From NCBI GenBank assembly GCA_036397035.1, contig DASWJS010000014.1, positions 36,014 through 100,013 of the forward strand: a stretch of 64,000 nucleotides of DNA, in the 5' to 3' direction. This DNA is from Actinomycetota bacterium (GTDB taxonomy: Bacteria > Actinomycetota > AC-67). The notes beneath the pieces are model-generated. The model searched no databases. It was not told the DNA's origin and saw only the letters and a program-made list of their open reading frames with translations. The translations under genes were made by a program, and so were the position numbers. Shown piece by piece: positions 51,833-60,952 of the stretch. Each line of letters begins with the position of its first letter. Position 1 is the stretch's first letter.

Positions 51833-52705
51833 CTACACGGGCGGGATGAACAGGCTGTTCAGCCACGACTGGACCGGGCCCATGACCCGCGCCCACTGGT
51901 CGGTGACGAGCAGCACGCCGATCGCGATCATGAACACGCCGCCGACGGCCTGGATGAGCCGCGTGCGCCTGCGCAGCCACGCCGCCGCCTGCAGCGCTCG
52001 CTTGGTCCCGATCCCGGCCAGCAGGAACCAGATGCCGAAGCCGAGCGAGAAGAAGAACGTGAGCAGCGCGCCCTTCAGGACCGTTCCCTCCACGACGCCG
52101 AGCGTGAGGATGATGCCGAGCCCCGGTCCCACGCACGGCACCCAGCCCATCCCGAAGGCGAGCCCCAGCGGGAACGCGCCGGCGAGCCCCGGACGCACGC
52201 GCTCCATGAAGGGACGTCGCTCGACCTCGAGGAAGCGCAGGAACGGGGGGGCGAAGAACGCCAGGCCCATCAGGATCACGATCACGCCCGCGATGCGAAA
52301 GAGCAGCGACAGGTTCTCGTTCAACGCGCCGCCGATGCCGCTGGCGACCGCGCCGAGCGCGGTGAAGATCACGGCGAACCCGAGCACGAACAGCCCCGTC
52401 CCGGCCAGGACGCGGTGGCGCGAACGCTCCGAGGCCAGTTCCTCGCCGCTGATGCCCGAGACGAACGTCAGGTACCCGGGGAGCAGCGGCAGCACGCACG
52501 GCGAGAAGAAGCTCACCATGCCCACGACGAACGCGACCACGAACCCGGTCGGACCGAGCAGCGCCCCCTGGATCTGCTCGTCCGGCAGCGCCCAGGCGAC
52601 GACCGCGATGAACGCGGCGACGCCGGCCGCGACGCCGGCCACCCAGGCCGGCACGAGCCACCAGCGCGCTCGCGCCGCGGTTCGCGGCGTCTCCACCTGC
52701 GTCAC
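51833..52705 (-). CDS. ccdA: cytochrome c biogenesis thiol-disulfide transporter CcdA (DsbD core)
   Basis: 290 aa with 6 TM helices and two conserved Cys-containing helices (FFSPCVLPLLP and GWVPCVGP). Confidence 0.8.
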   Translation of the reverse strand: MTQVETPRTAARARWWLVPAWVAGVAAGVAAFIAVVAWALPDEQIQGALLGPTGFVVAFVVGMVSFFSPCVLPLLPGYLTFVSGISGEELASERSRHRVLAGTGLFVLGFAVIFTALGAVASGIGGALNENLSLLFRIAGVIVILMGLAFFAPPFLRFLEVERRPFMERVRPGLAGAFPLGLAFGMGWVPCVGPGLGIILTLGVVEGTVLKGALLTFFFSLGFGIWFLLAGIGTKRALQAAAWLRRRTRLIQAVGGVFMIAIGVLLVTDQWARVMGPVQSWLNSLFIPPV

Positions 52706-53250
52706 GCCAGCTCCGCGTCAAGGATCCGGGCCATGTCGTCCTCATCTTGCAACGCGCCGATCACGTATGCCGCGATGCGGCCCTCGGCGTCGATCACGTA
52801 GGTCGCCGGCATGAACCGCACACCGAAGGCGAAGGCGAGCGCGGAGTCGGGGTCGTAGATCGACGGGTAGGTCACGTCGAACTCGTCAAGGAACGCAAGC
52901 GCCGCCGCGCGCTGGTCCCTGCGCGTGTCGATGCCGACGAACCGCACGCCACGCGACTCGTACCGCCGCCACAGCGCCTCGAGCCGCGGCTGCTCCTCGC
53001 GGCAGGGCCCGCACCACGACCCCCAGAAGTTGACGACGGCGACAACGCCGTCCAGCTCGCCGGGCTCCACCCGCGGCGGTCCCTCGGTGAGCCGCTCGCC
53101 CTCGACGACCGGCGCCGCCGTGCGCTCGGCGACCGGGACGGCCACCACGTTGCCCGGGCCGGCGGCGACCTGGATGCCCCCCCCGCCCCCGCCCGGCGCG
53201 CACGAAACGGCGAGCAAGACGACGGCGACGACGGCGCGCGCGAGGAGCAT
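52702..53250 (-). CDS. resA: thioredoxin-like thiol:disulfide oxidoreductase ResA/TlpA
   Basis: 182 aa from MLLARAVV (signal anchor) with WCGPC active site. Start/stop overlap with ccdA. Confidence 0.8.
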   Translation of the reverse strand: MLLARAVVAVVLLAVSCAPGGGGGGIQVAAGPGNVVAVPVAERTAAPVVEGERLTEGPPRVEPGELDGVVAVVNFWGSWCGPCREEQPRLEALWRRYESRGVRFVGIDTRRDQRAAALAFLDEFDVTYPSIYDPDSALAFAFGVRFMPATYVIDAEGRIAAYVIGALQDEDDMARILDAELA

Positions 53251-53319
53251 CGCACCGACTGTAGCGCCGCGGGCGAGCCGCCGGAGCGCGCCCCCGGAAC
53301 GGTGTGTCAGGATGACGGC

Positions 53320-53868
53320 GTGCGCGCGCTCGCCGTTGTCGTCGCATTCGCCGTCGCCGGGACGGCGTGCTCGCCCAACCCGCCGGAGGCGTTGCCGCCG
53401 TGCACGGCGGACTCGCTGATCAGCCTGGGTCAGAAGATCCCGGACTGCTCGTTCGAAGGAATCGGCGGGCGGCCGGATGTGCGGCTCTCGGCCTACGCGG
53501 GAAGGCCGCTCGTGCTCAACTTCTGGGCGTCCTGGTGCGCCGCGTGCATCAAGGAGATGCCCGATATCGACGCCGTCGCGACGGAGCTCGAGGGAAGGGT
53601 CGCCTTCGTCGGCATGAACATGCTCAGCGTGCAGGGCGAGACGCGCGTCGCGGCGGAGCGGTTCGCCGATCGCACCGGCGTCGCCTACGACCTCGCGTTC
53701 GACGAGGAAGGGCGGCTGTACGCGCATTTCGGGAACGTGCTGCGACCGCTGCTGCCGACGACCGTGTTCGTCGACGCCGAGCAGCGGGTGGCACGCTACA
53801 AGTTCGGCGAGTTCGCCTCCGCCGCGGAGGTGCGCGCGGCCGTCGAGGACGCCTTCGGCGTCCGGTAG
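53320..53868 (+). CDS. TlpA-like thioredoxin-fold lipoprotein (second paralog)
   Basis: 182 aa from GTG at 53320 (AGGA 8 nt upstream). Signal with AVAGTAC lipobox-like end and WCAAC active site. Divergent from resA across a ~70-bp intergenic region. Confidence 0.65.
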   Translation: MRALAVVVAFAVAGTACSPNPPEALPPCTADSLISLGQKIPDCSFEGIGGRPDVRLSAYAGRPLVLNFWASWCAACIKEMPDIDAVATELEGRVAFVGMNMLSVQGETRVAAERFADRTGVAYDLAFDEEGRLYAHFGNVLRPLLPTTVFVDAEQRVARYKFGEFASAAEVRAAVEDAFGVR

Positions 53869-53956
53869 CGCACGAGTTCACGTTCCCCGTTTTGCACGGT
53901 GGCGACCGGCGGTCGATAATCGGATGAGGCAGGCAGGCCTTTGTTTTGGGACTGCC

Positions 53957-53974
53957 TTGTGAACAAGATCACAA
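53957..53974. promoter_or_regulatory. perfect CRP/GlxR-type palindrome TTGTGA-N6-TCACAA
   Basis: Sequence ttgtgaACAAGAtcacaa is a perfect 6-6-6 inverted repeat matching the CRP-family consensus TGTGA-N6-TCACA. A TATAAT hexamer lies at 54022-54027, about 85 nt before the GTG of the first gene of the Rieske/cytochrome b operon. Confidence 0.5.
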
Positions 53975-54058
53975 GCCCGGAGGGGCACCCGGTGCTTGAT
54001 ATGGCTTCGACAGGGCACACGTATAATCGCCCGCGTTGGAGGGGGAGGCCGCAGGTTC

Positions 54059-54466
54059 GTGAACTTCACGATCGATCCGCTCAGCCCGGCTCTGCTCATC
54101 GTTTCCGAGGCCATCTACCTCGGAATCGCGGGCGCGATGCTGGTCGGAAGCATGAAGATCAAGAACGAGTGGGTGAAGGCATCGGTCGCCGGGCTCGGGA
54201 TCTCGATCATCGGCTGGCACCTCCTGGCGATCCTGCCGAGCTGGTGGCTCTACTTCGCCGAGGGCGAGCTGGGCATGGGCGGCCAGGGGTGCGTGAAGCT
54301 CGACCTCTCGTGCTTGAAGCAGACCGTGAAGGACAGCGTGGTCGTGGTCGAGAACGCGGTCGTGCTGGGCCTGTTCGTCGTGGCGTTCGTCATCTACCAG
54401 AAGAAGAACCCGCGGCAGCTCGCATCCGGCGAGACCAAGCCCGAAGCCACGGGAGGCTACAAGTGA
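54059..54466 (+). CDS. hypothetical small membrane protein (first gene of qcr-like operon)
   Basis: 135 aa from GTG at 54059 (GGAGG 10 nt upstream) with 3-4 predicted TM helices. No family recognised. Confidence 0.45.
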   Translation: MNFTIDPLSPALLIVSEAIYLGIAGAMLVGSMKIKNEWVKASVAGLGISIIGWHLLAILPSWWLYFAEGELGMGGQGCVKLDLSCLKQTVKDSVVVVENAVVLGLFVVAFVIYQKKNPRQLASGETKPEATGGYK

Positions 54467-54491
54467 CGCGGCCGAAGGCGGGCGGTGAGCG

Positions 54492-54839
54492 ATGAGCGCC
54501 ATCAGCAACAAGCCGCAGTTTTACGACGAGTACGACCTCAAGATCGTCGATCCGAACTGGCTCCAGCAGCGCGTCAAGCCGAAGCGGCACATCGGCCTGG
54601 AAGCGGACCTGTGCATCCTGTGCCGCGCGTGCGAGGACGTCTGCCCGTGGGACTGCATCTACATGCTCTCCGGTGAGATCGTCGCCGACGCGGACAGCGC
54701 GGCGATCCGCGACCAGTCGGGGAACGCCGCGGCCGTGTTCGTCATCGACGACACCGAGTGCACGCGGTGCGGCATCTGCGTGGACCGGTGTCCGTCGGAC
54801 GCGCTGTTCTACATGACCGTCGGGGACCGAGCGAAGTAA
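54492..54839 (+). CDS. 2[4Fe-4S] dicluster ferredoxin
   Basis: 115 aa with two C-x2-C-x2-C-x3-CP motifs ([12 protein letters not shown] and [12 protein letters not shown]). Confidence 0.8.
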   Translation: MSAISNKPQFYDEYDLKIVDPNWLQQRVKPKRHIGLEADLCILCRACEDVCPWDCIYMLSGEIVADADSAAIRDQSGNAAAVFVIDDTECTRCGICVDRCPSDALFYMTVGDRAK

Positions 54840-54850
54840 GGCGGGGGGAC

Positions 54851-55636
54851 GTGGCCAAGGACCAGAAACCACTCGTAACCGAGCGCCTGGAGCTTCTGAA
54901 GGAGAAGACCCAGGACTCGCAGGTGTGGAAGTCGATCTTCCGGCCCGGTTCGTACCTGCGCAAGGGCTACCGCGACACGTCGCGCGACCGCGCGCTGGCC
55001 ACGATGAACAACGTGCTCTACCACCTGCACCCGGTGAAGGTGAAGCGGCACGGGCTGAAGCTCACCTACACGTTCTGCCTGGGCGGCCTGTCGTTCTTCC
55101 TGTTCACGATCCTGACCATCACCGGCATCTACTTGATGTTCTACTACCGGCCGGCCGTGGACCTGCAGTCCGCCGCGGTCTACGCCGACATGCAGGACCT
55201 GTCCCAGGCGATCACGTTCGGGCAGCTCGTTCGCAACATGCACCGCTGGGCGGCGCACCTGATGGTGTTCACGGTGTTCCTGCACATGGCGCGCGTCTTC
55301 TACCACGGCGCCTACAAGCCCCCGCGGGAGTTCAACTGGGTGATCGGCGTGAACCTGCTGCAGATCACGCTGCTGCTTTCCTTCACCGGCTACCTGCTGC
55401 CGTGGGACCAGCTCGCGATCTGGGCCGTCACGGTCGGGACGAACATGATGGGCTACACGCCGGTGTTCGGTCGCCAGGTGAAGTTCGTGCTCGTGGGCGG
55501 CTTGGAGGTGGGGCCGCCGACGCTCATCCGCTGGTACGTGCTCCACGTCCTTGCGCTGCCGTTCATCGCCGTGCTGCTGATGGCCGTCCACTTCTGGCGC
55601 ATCCGCAAGGACGGCGGGATCAGCGGTCCGCTGTAA
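54851..55636 (+). CDS. petB/qcrB: cytochrome b6-type (N-terminal cytochrome b domain, split cytochrome b)
   Basis: 261 aa from GTG at 54851 (GGGGGG Shine-Dalgarno). 4 TM helices with bis-His pairs ([23 protein letters not shown] and [16 protein letters not shown]) and a PWDQ motif. Stops after helix D, like b6. Confidence 0.8.
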   Translation: MAKDQKPLVTERLELLKEKTQDSQVWKSIFRPGSYLRKGYRDTSRDRALATMNNVLYHLHPVKVKRHGLKLTYTFCLGGLSFFLFTILTITGIYLMFYYRPAVDLQSAAVYADMQDLSQAITFGQLVRNMHRWAAHLMVFTVFLHMARVFYHGAYKPPREFNWVIGVNLLQITLLLSFTGYLLPWDQLAIWAVTVGTNMMGYTPVFGRQVKFVLVGGLEVGPPTLIRWYVLHVLALPFIAVLLMAVHFWRIRKDGGISGPL

Positions 55637-55645
55637 GAGGAAGCC

Positions 55646-56488
55646 ATGGCCGACGAAGAGATAGGGATAGTCCAGGAGGTCTTCGACAAGGCCCTCGCCG
55701 AGGGCAAGTCGGAGCGGGAAGCGCGCGCGCTCGCGAAGTCGGCATGGGTGCGCAAGACCCGCGGCAAGGCCGGCCCCGGCGAGAAGAAGGCGGCCGCGGC
55801 GGAAGCGGCGGCGCCTGAAGCCGCTCCCGCGGAAACGGCGCCGGCCGGAGCGGCACCCGCGGCGGCGAGCGGGGCGCCCACGGCAACCGCCGTCCAGGAA
55901 CGTCTGACGCCCGAGCAGCGCGCGGCGCGGGTCGCCGCGGCCACGGGACGGACCGCAACCACCAACGGCGGCGGGGGGCGCGGCACCGGCGCGGGCGAGA
56001 CCCACCGGCTGCTCGCGGTCGTCCCGCCCGAGGGCATCCAGCGCACGGTCAAGCGGCAGGACGACAAGGTCAACGTCTGGCCGCACCTGCTGGCGGCCGA
56101 GCTGCTCTCGCTGCTCGTGTGCATGGTGTTCCTGCTGGTCTTCTCCACCTTCAAGGACGCGCCCTTCCGCGAGCTGGCGAACCCGAGCCTCACGCCGAAC
56201 CCGTCCAAGGCGCCGTGGTACTTCCTGGGGTTGCAGGAGCTGCTCCGCTACTTCCACCCGATGGTCGCCGGCGTGACCATCCCCGGGCTCGGGCTGTTCG
56301 CGCTCATGGCGCTGCCCTACGCGGACAAGAACCCGAGCATGAAGCCCGAGCGACGCAAGCTCGCGGTCATCATCTTCACGATCTTCATGATGTTCTGGTG
56401 CGTGCTGGTCATCCTCGGCGTGCTGTTCCGTGGACCCGGCTACAACTTCATCTGGCCCTGGAACTCCGGCGTGTTCTTCGATCTATAG
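55646..56488 (+). CDS. petD/qcrC: cytochrome b C-terminal domain (subunit IV-like) with long Ala/Pro-rich N-terminal extension
   Basis: 280 aa. C-terminal 3 TM helices carry the PEWY-region equivalent (NPSKAPWYFLGLQELLRY). The first ~140 aa are low-complexity Ala/Pro/Glu-rich. Confidence 0.7.
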   Translation: MADEEIGIVQEVFDKALAEGKSEREARALAKSAWVRKTRGKAGPGEKKAAAAEAAAPEAAPAETAPAGAAPAAASGAPTATAVQERLTPEQRAARVAAATGRTATTNGGGGRGTGAGETHRLLAVVPPEGIQRTVKRQDDKVNVWPHLLAAELLSLLVCMVFLLVFSTFKDAPFRELANPSLTPNPSKAPWYFLGLQELLRYFHPMVAGVTIPGLGLFALMALPYADKNPSMKPERRKLAVIIFTIFMMFWCVLVILGVLFRGPGYNFIWPWNSGVFFDL

Positions 56489-56491
56489 GGA

Positions 56492-57235
56492 ATGGTGAGG
56501 ACGATGCTGGCGGTAAGCACCACGACGTGGGTCCTGATAGGAATCTTCGTTCCCTTCATCCTTGCCGGCCTCGGGCTCGCGGCGATCAACGTCGCCTCGA
56601 TCGTCCGTCCGCGGCACGCGGGCGAGTCGGGACCGCCCCAGCCCCTGATCGGCCCGCCGTCGCAGATGACGCGGCGCGGCTTCTTCCGCAAGGTCATGGG
56701 CGCGGGCTTCGGGCTCGCGGCGCTGGAGGGCTTCGGGCTGGGAAGCCTGGCGTTCCTGTGGCCCGACCTGTCCGGCGGCTTCGGCGGGGAGATCACCCTC
56801 GGGACCTCGGCCGCGGACATCAAGTCGGAGATCCGCGCGACGAAGAAGCCCTTCTACTACGCGCCGGGCCGGTTCTACCTGGTCGAGTACGACGCGGCGA
56901 GCAACGACGGCACGTACGAAGAGGGCCTGATCGCCGAGGGGCTGATGGCGCTGTACCAGCGCTGCGTGCACCTCGGCTGCCGGGTCCCGTTCTGCGAGGC
57001 GTCCCAGTGGTTCGAGTGCCCGTGCCACGGCTCGAAGTACAACCGCGCGGGGGAGTACCGGCTGGGTCCCGCGCCGCGCGGGCTCGACCGCTTCCCCATC
57101 GCCTCCGAGGACGGGCGGCTCGTGGTGAACACCGGGATCATCATCACCGGGCCGGTTCGGGGCACGAACACGACCGGGCAGCAGCCCGAGGGGCCGTTCT
57201 GCGTGGACCCGGCGATCATCGCGGAAGAGGCCTGA
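56492..57235 (+). CDS. qcrA/petC: Rieske [2Fe-2S] iron-sulfur subunit (Tat signal)
   Basis: 247 aa with a twin-arginine motif ([20 protein letters not shown]) and Rieske boxes (CVHLGCRV and CPCHGSKY). Confidence 0.85.
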   Translation: MVRTMLAVSTTTWVLIGIFVPFILAGLGLAAINVASIVRPRHAGESGPPQPLIGPPSQMTRRGFFRKVMGAGFGLAALEGFGLGSLAFLWPDLSGGFGGEITLGTSAADIKSEIRATKKPFYYAPGRFYLVEYDAASNDGTYEEGLIAEGLMALYQRCVHLGCRVPFCEASQWFECPCHGSKYNRAGEYRLGPAPRGLDRFPIASEDGRLVVNTGIIITGPVRGTNTTGQQPEGPFCVDPAIIAEEA

Positions 57236-57239
57236 CGGG

Positions 57240-58166
57240 ATGCTCAGGGGGGACGTGTTGATTCCACTCGCTGTCGACCAGCGCGTGACGACCGCGCTCG
57301 TCGTCGCGGGCGGCATCGCCCTGTTCGTGCTGCTGCTGGTCATGTCGGCCTCGGGCGAGCTGCGCGGCCGGCGCACGGCGAAAGTTCCGCCGTCTATGCG
57401 CCCCGGGCCCTCCGACGAGGCGCTCGAGAAGCGCGTCATCACCAACTATCTGGCCTGGGGCGGCGCGGCGACGATGCTCATGGCCCTGTGGCTGCCCGCG
57501 TACTGGCTCCGCGAGCCGACGCGGCTCGCCGACGCGGAGAGCCGTTTCGTCGAGCGCGAAGTGACCGAAGGCGCGCACCTCTACGAGGAGTTCCAGTGCG
57601 TCACCTGCCACGGCAAGGCCGGCAGCGGCGGGGTACAGCCGCTCGTGATCAACGGCGTGTCGCGCAACATGGCCGAGCCGCCGCTGCGCTACATCTACTC
57701 GCGGTACACCGCTTCCGGGCGGACCGAGGAAGAGATCACGCAGCTCATCTACGACGCGATCAACCGGGGACGGCCGGGCACGCCGATGCCGACGTGGTCG
57801 CTCGCCTTCGGCGGGCCGCTCAACTCGGCGCAGATCGACAACCTGGTCGTGTACCTGCAGGACATCCAGGAGGACTTCCCCGCGGCCGACCCCGACGCGA
57901 AGGGCAGAGAGCTGTTCGAGGCGAACTGCGCCATCTGTCACAACGGGCTCGACGACGAGGGCAAGGCGACGATCACAGGCGCGGGCGGCGTGGGTCCGAA
58001 CCTCACGGTGGCGTTCGAGCGGCTGAGCCGCGCGGAGGTTGAGGCGGTCATCCGCAAGGGGCGCCTGAACACCAACCGGCCCTCGATGCCCTCGTGGGAA
58101 GCGCTCGGCGACGACGCGATCGAGGCCCTGGTCCGCTTCATCCAGAGCATTCAGAGGAGTTCGTGA
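57240..58166 (+). CDS. qcrC: dihaem cytochrome c subunit
   Basis: 308 aa with an N-terminal TM anchor and two CxxCH motifs (CVTCHG and CAICHN). Confidence 0.8.
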   Translation: MLRGDVLIPLAVDQRVTTALVVAGGIALFVLLLVMSASGELRGRRTAKVPPSMRPGPSDEALEKRVITNYLAWGGAATMLMALWLPAYWLREPTRLADAESRFVEREVTEGAHLYEEFQCVTCHGKAGSGGVQPLVINGVSRNMAEPPLRYIYSRYTASGRTEEEITQLIYDAINRGRPGTPMPTWSLAFGGPLNSAQIDNLVVYLQDIQEDFPAADPDAKGRELFEANCAICHNGLDDEGKATITGAGGVGPNLTVAFERLSRAEVEAVIRKGRLNTNRPSMPSWEALGDDAIEALVRFIQSIQRSS

Positions 58167-58954
58167 TGACCGCCTTCGCCGAACTGGTCCCGCTCGCCTG
58201 CGACGGCTGCTTCAAGGGTTACCCGGCCGTCATCTCGCTCGTCATCATCGTGCTCGCCTTGATCGGCGGCATCTACATGCTCCTGGCGTCGAACTTCGGC
58301 GCGCGCCAGGGCTACCTGATCACGATGGTGTCGCTGTCGGCGCTCATGCTGATCATGTCGCTGATCTGGCTTCTCGGCGCGCCCGGCACGACGCCGGCGA
58401 CCGGCCCGCGCGGTCGCGAGCCCGCCTGGGTCCCCTTCCTGCCCGATAGCGACCAAGCGGCCGGCTTCGCGGCCGAGCTCGACGCCTTCCCGGCGGGGTG
58501 GGACGCGCCCGGAACGATCTATCCCGGCATGATCGACTCGACCGGCGAGGTCCAGACCGTCCGCACCGCGATCAGGGCGGCGATGGCGAACCTGCACACC
58601 GTCAACGAGCTGGACGCCGTCGAGCCGGCGGACTGGGAGTTCAGGCTGCCGGGCGCGCCGGCCGTGAGCGACGCCGACCGCGAGAAGCCGGTCGCGGAGG
58701 CTCGCTACGTCCAGACCGGCAACACGTTGCTGTTCGGCGTGACCATCCCCGCCACCGACAAGCACGGCGAGGTCACCGTCTTCGCCTACCGCGACAAGGG
58801 GCTGGTCTTCCTCTACGCGCTCTACTTCTTCCTCGTCAGCCTGATCGGCTTCGTCGTGCACCTGTGGCTGCTCGCACGGTTCGAGAAGAAGCAGAAGGCG
58901 CGCGACGCCCAGATGGAGAGCCGCACCCAGGTCCAGGCGCCCGCGCCGGTCTGA
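58166..58954 (+). CDS. hypothetical membrane protein (last gene of qcr-like operon)
   Basis: 262 aa from ATG at 58166 overlapping the cytochrome c stop (GTGATGA). 3 TM helices (two N-terminal, one C-terminal) around a soluble middle domain. Confidence 0.5.
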   Translation: MTAFAELVPLACDGCFKGYPAVISLVIIVLALIGGIYMLLASNFGARQGYLITMVSLSALMLIMSLIWLLGAPGTTPATGPRGREPAWVPFLPDSDQAAGFAAELDAFPAGWDAPGTIYPGMIDSTGEVQTVRTAIRAAMANLHTVNELDAVEPADWEFRLPGAPAVSDADREKPVAEARYVQTGNTLLFGVTIPATDKHGEVTVFAYRDKGLVFLYALYFFLVSLIGFVVHLWLLARFEKKQKARDAQMESRTQVQAPAPV

Positions 58955-58963
58955 GCCCGCGCC

Positions 58964-59578
58964 TCACGCCGGCGCGTGCTGTCTGATCCACTCGTGCATG
59001 GCGATGCCGCTCGCCACGCCCGCGTTGATCGATCGCGTCGAGCCGAACTGGCGAATCGAAAGAACCAGGTCGCACGCGGCCGCGGCGGCCTCGCTCAGCC
59101 CCGGGCCCTCCTGGCCGAACAGGAACACGCACGCGCGCGGAAGGCTCGTCCGGTCGATCGCCGCCGACCCGGGCAGGTTGTCGACGCCGAGCACGGGCAG
59201 GCCGGCCCGCCGAGCCCATTCGACGAAAGCGTCGATCGTGTCGTGGTGCTCGACGTGCTGGTAGCGGTCGGTGACCATCGCGCCGCGCCGGTTCCACTTC
59301 CTGCGCCCGACCACGTGTACGGCGCTCGCGAGGAACGCGTTGGCGTTGCGCACGACCGTGCCGATGTTGAGGTCGTGCTTCCAGTTCTCGATCGCGACGT
59401 GAAAGGGATGCCGGCGCTCGTCGAGATCGGCGACGATCACCTCGGTGCGCCAGTAGCGATAGCCGTCGACGACGTTGCGCGCGTCGCCGCGGGCGAGCAG
59501 ATCGGGGTCGAGCCGCTCGTCCTCGGGCCACGGACGCGGGTGCGGCCCGACCCCGACCTCCCGCTCGCCGGTCACGGC
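58964..59578 (-). CDS. SpoU/TrmH-family RNA 2'-O-methyltransferase
   Basis: C-terminal ~200 aa of the track ORF (SPOUT fold). Probable GTG start overlapping the hemL stop. The rest of the 432-aa track ORF is artefact. Confidence 0.6.
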   Translation of the reverse strand, partial: AVTGEREVGVGPHPRPWPEDERLDPDLLARGDARNVVDGYRYWRTEVIVADLDERRHPFHVAIENWKHDLNIGTVVRNANAFLASAVHVVGRRKWNRRGAMVTDRYQHVEHHDTIDAFVEWARRAGLPVLGVDNLPGSAAIDRTSLPRACVFLFGQEGPGLSEAAAAACDLVLSIRQFGSTRSINAGVASGIAMHEWIRQHAPA

Positions 59579-60852
59579 CCCGCTGCCGCGCGCATCGCCG
59601 GCTCGATCGCATCGGCGGTTCGCGCGACGTCGTCGTCGCCGTGCGCGGCCGACAGGAACCACGCCTCGAAGGCGCTCGGCGGGAGCAGAACGCCGCGATC
59701 GAGCATCGCGTGGAAGAACCGCGCGAACGCCTCTGCGTCCTGGGCGCGCGCGCCGGCCGCGTCCGTCACCGGTCCCGCGGTGAAGAAGGCCGAGAAGAGC
59801 GAGCCCTCGCGGTTCACGCGCAGCGCGACGCCCGCGCGCGCGGCCGAGTCCTCGAGGGCCCGGCACAGCGTCCGCGCGCGCTCCTCCATCGCTTCCCACG
59901 GCGGGCTCGCCGAGAGCGCGTCGAGCACGGCGAGCCCCGCCGCGACCGCGACCGGGTTCCCGCTCAGCGTCCCCGCCTGATAGACCGGCCCGTCCGGCGC
60001 CAGGAGCTCCATGATCGAGGCTCGCCCGCCGACGGCGGCCAGCGGCAGTCCGCCGCCCACGACCTTCCCGAGGCACGTCAGGTCGGGCATCACGCCGAAT
60101 CGTTCTTGCGCGCCGCCGCGCCCGAGCCGGAAGCCGGTGATCACCTCGTCGAAGACCAGGAGCGTGCGGTGCTCGTCGCAGAGCGAACGCAGGCCCGCGA
60201 GGAAGCCATGAGCGGGCGGCACGACGCCCATGTTCGCCGCGGCCGGCTCGATGATCACGCACGCGACCTCGTAGGCGGCGAGGACCGTTCCCACGGCCTC
60301 GAGGTCGTTGTAGGGAAGCACGAACGTGTCGCGGGCGCTCCCCTCCGTCACGCCCGGCGAGCCGCCGATGCCCAGCGTCGCCACGCCCGAGCCCGCGCCC
60401 GCGAGCATCGCGTCGGCGTGCCCGTGGTAGCAGCCGTCGAAGCGCACGAGCGCCGCGCGTCCGGTCGCCGCCCGCGCCAGTCGCACGGCGGTCATCGCCG
60501 CTTCCGTCCCGCTGCTCACCAGGCGCACGCGCTCCAGCGAGGGCACCGCGCCGATCAGACGCTCGGCCAGCAGCAGCTCCGCCTCGTGTGGCGCGCCGAA
60601 GGTCGTCCCGCGGCGCGCGGCGGCCTCGACGGCGCGCACGACCGACGGCGCCGCGTGACCCAGGATGATCGCGCCCCAGGACATCACGTAGTCGATCAGC
60701 TCGGCGCCGTCGGCGTCGGTCACGCGCGAGCCCGACGCCGAGGCGATCCAGCGCGGCGTGCCGCCCACGGCGCGGTAGGCGCGCACCGGCGAGTTGACGC
60801 CGCCGGGCATCACGTCGCGCGCGCGCTTGAACAGCTCGTCCGACCGGCTCAT
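59572..60852 (-). CDS. hemL: glutamate-1-semialdehyde 2,1-aminomutase
   Basis: 427 aa from MSRSDELFKRARDVMPGGVNSPVRAY..., with the PLP-lysine region VFDEVITGFRLG...TCLGKVVGGG. Confidence 0.85.
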   Translation of the reverse strand: MSRSDELFKRARDVMPGGVNSPVRAYRAVGGTPRWIASASGSRVTDADGAELIDYVMSWGAIILGHAAPSVVRAVEAAARRGTTFGAPHEAELLLAERLIGAVPSLERVRLVSSGTEAAMTAVRLARAATGRAALVRFDGCYHGHADAMLAGAGSGVATLGIGGSPGVTEGSARDTFVLPYNDLEAVGTVLAAYEVACVIIEPAAANMGVVPPAHGFLAGLRSLCDEHRTLLVFDEVITGFRLGRGGAQERFGVMPDLTCLGKVVGGGLPLAAVGGRASIMELLAPDGPVYQAGTLSGNPVAVAAGLAVLDALSASPPWEAMEERARTLCRALEDSAARAGVALRVNREGSLFSAFFTAGPVTDAAGARAQDAEAFARFFHAMLDRGVLLPPSAFEAWFLSAAHGDDDVARTADAIEPAMRAAAGP

Positions 60853-60952
60853 CGGTCTCCAGCCTACGCGCGGAGGGGCTCGGCCAAGGCCTCGGGCCGG
60901 CGGCGTCTCAGCCCGGCCGTCCACGACTGTGGCGCCTCGCCCGGGTGGTGCC

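Noticed and set aside
53926-53950. Possible intrinsic terminator after the TlpA-like gene (GAGGCAGGCAGGCC followed by TTTGTTTT)
   Set aside because: The stem is only 4-5 bp with a 6-nt loop. The T-tract is notable for this GC content, but the hairpin is too weak to call a terminator.
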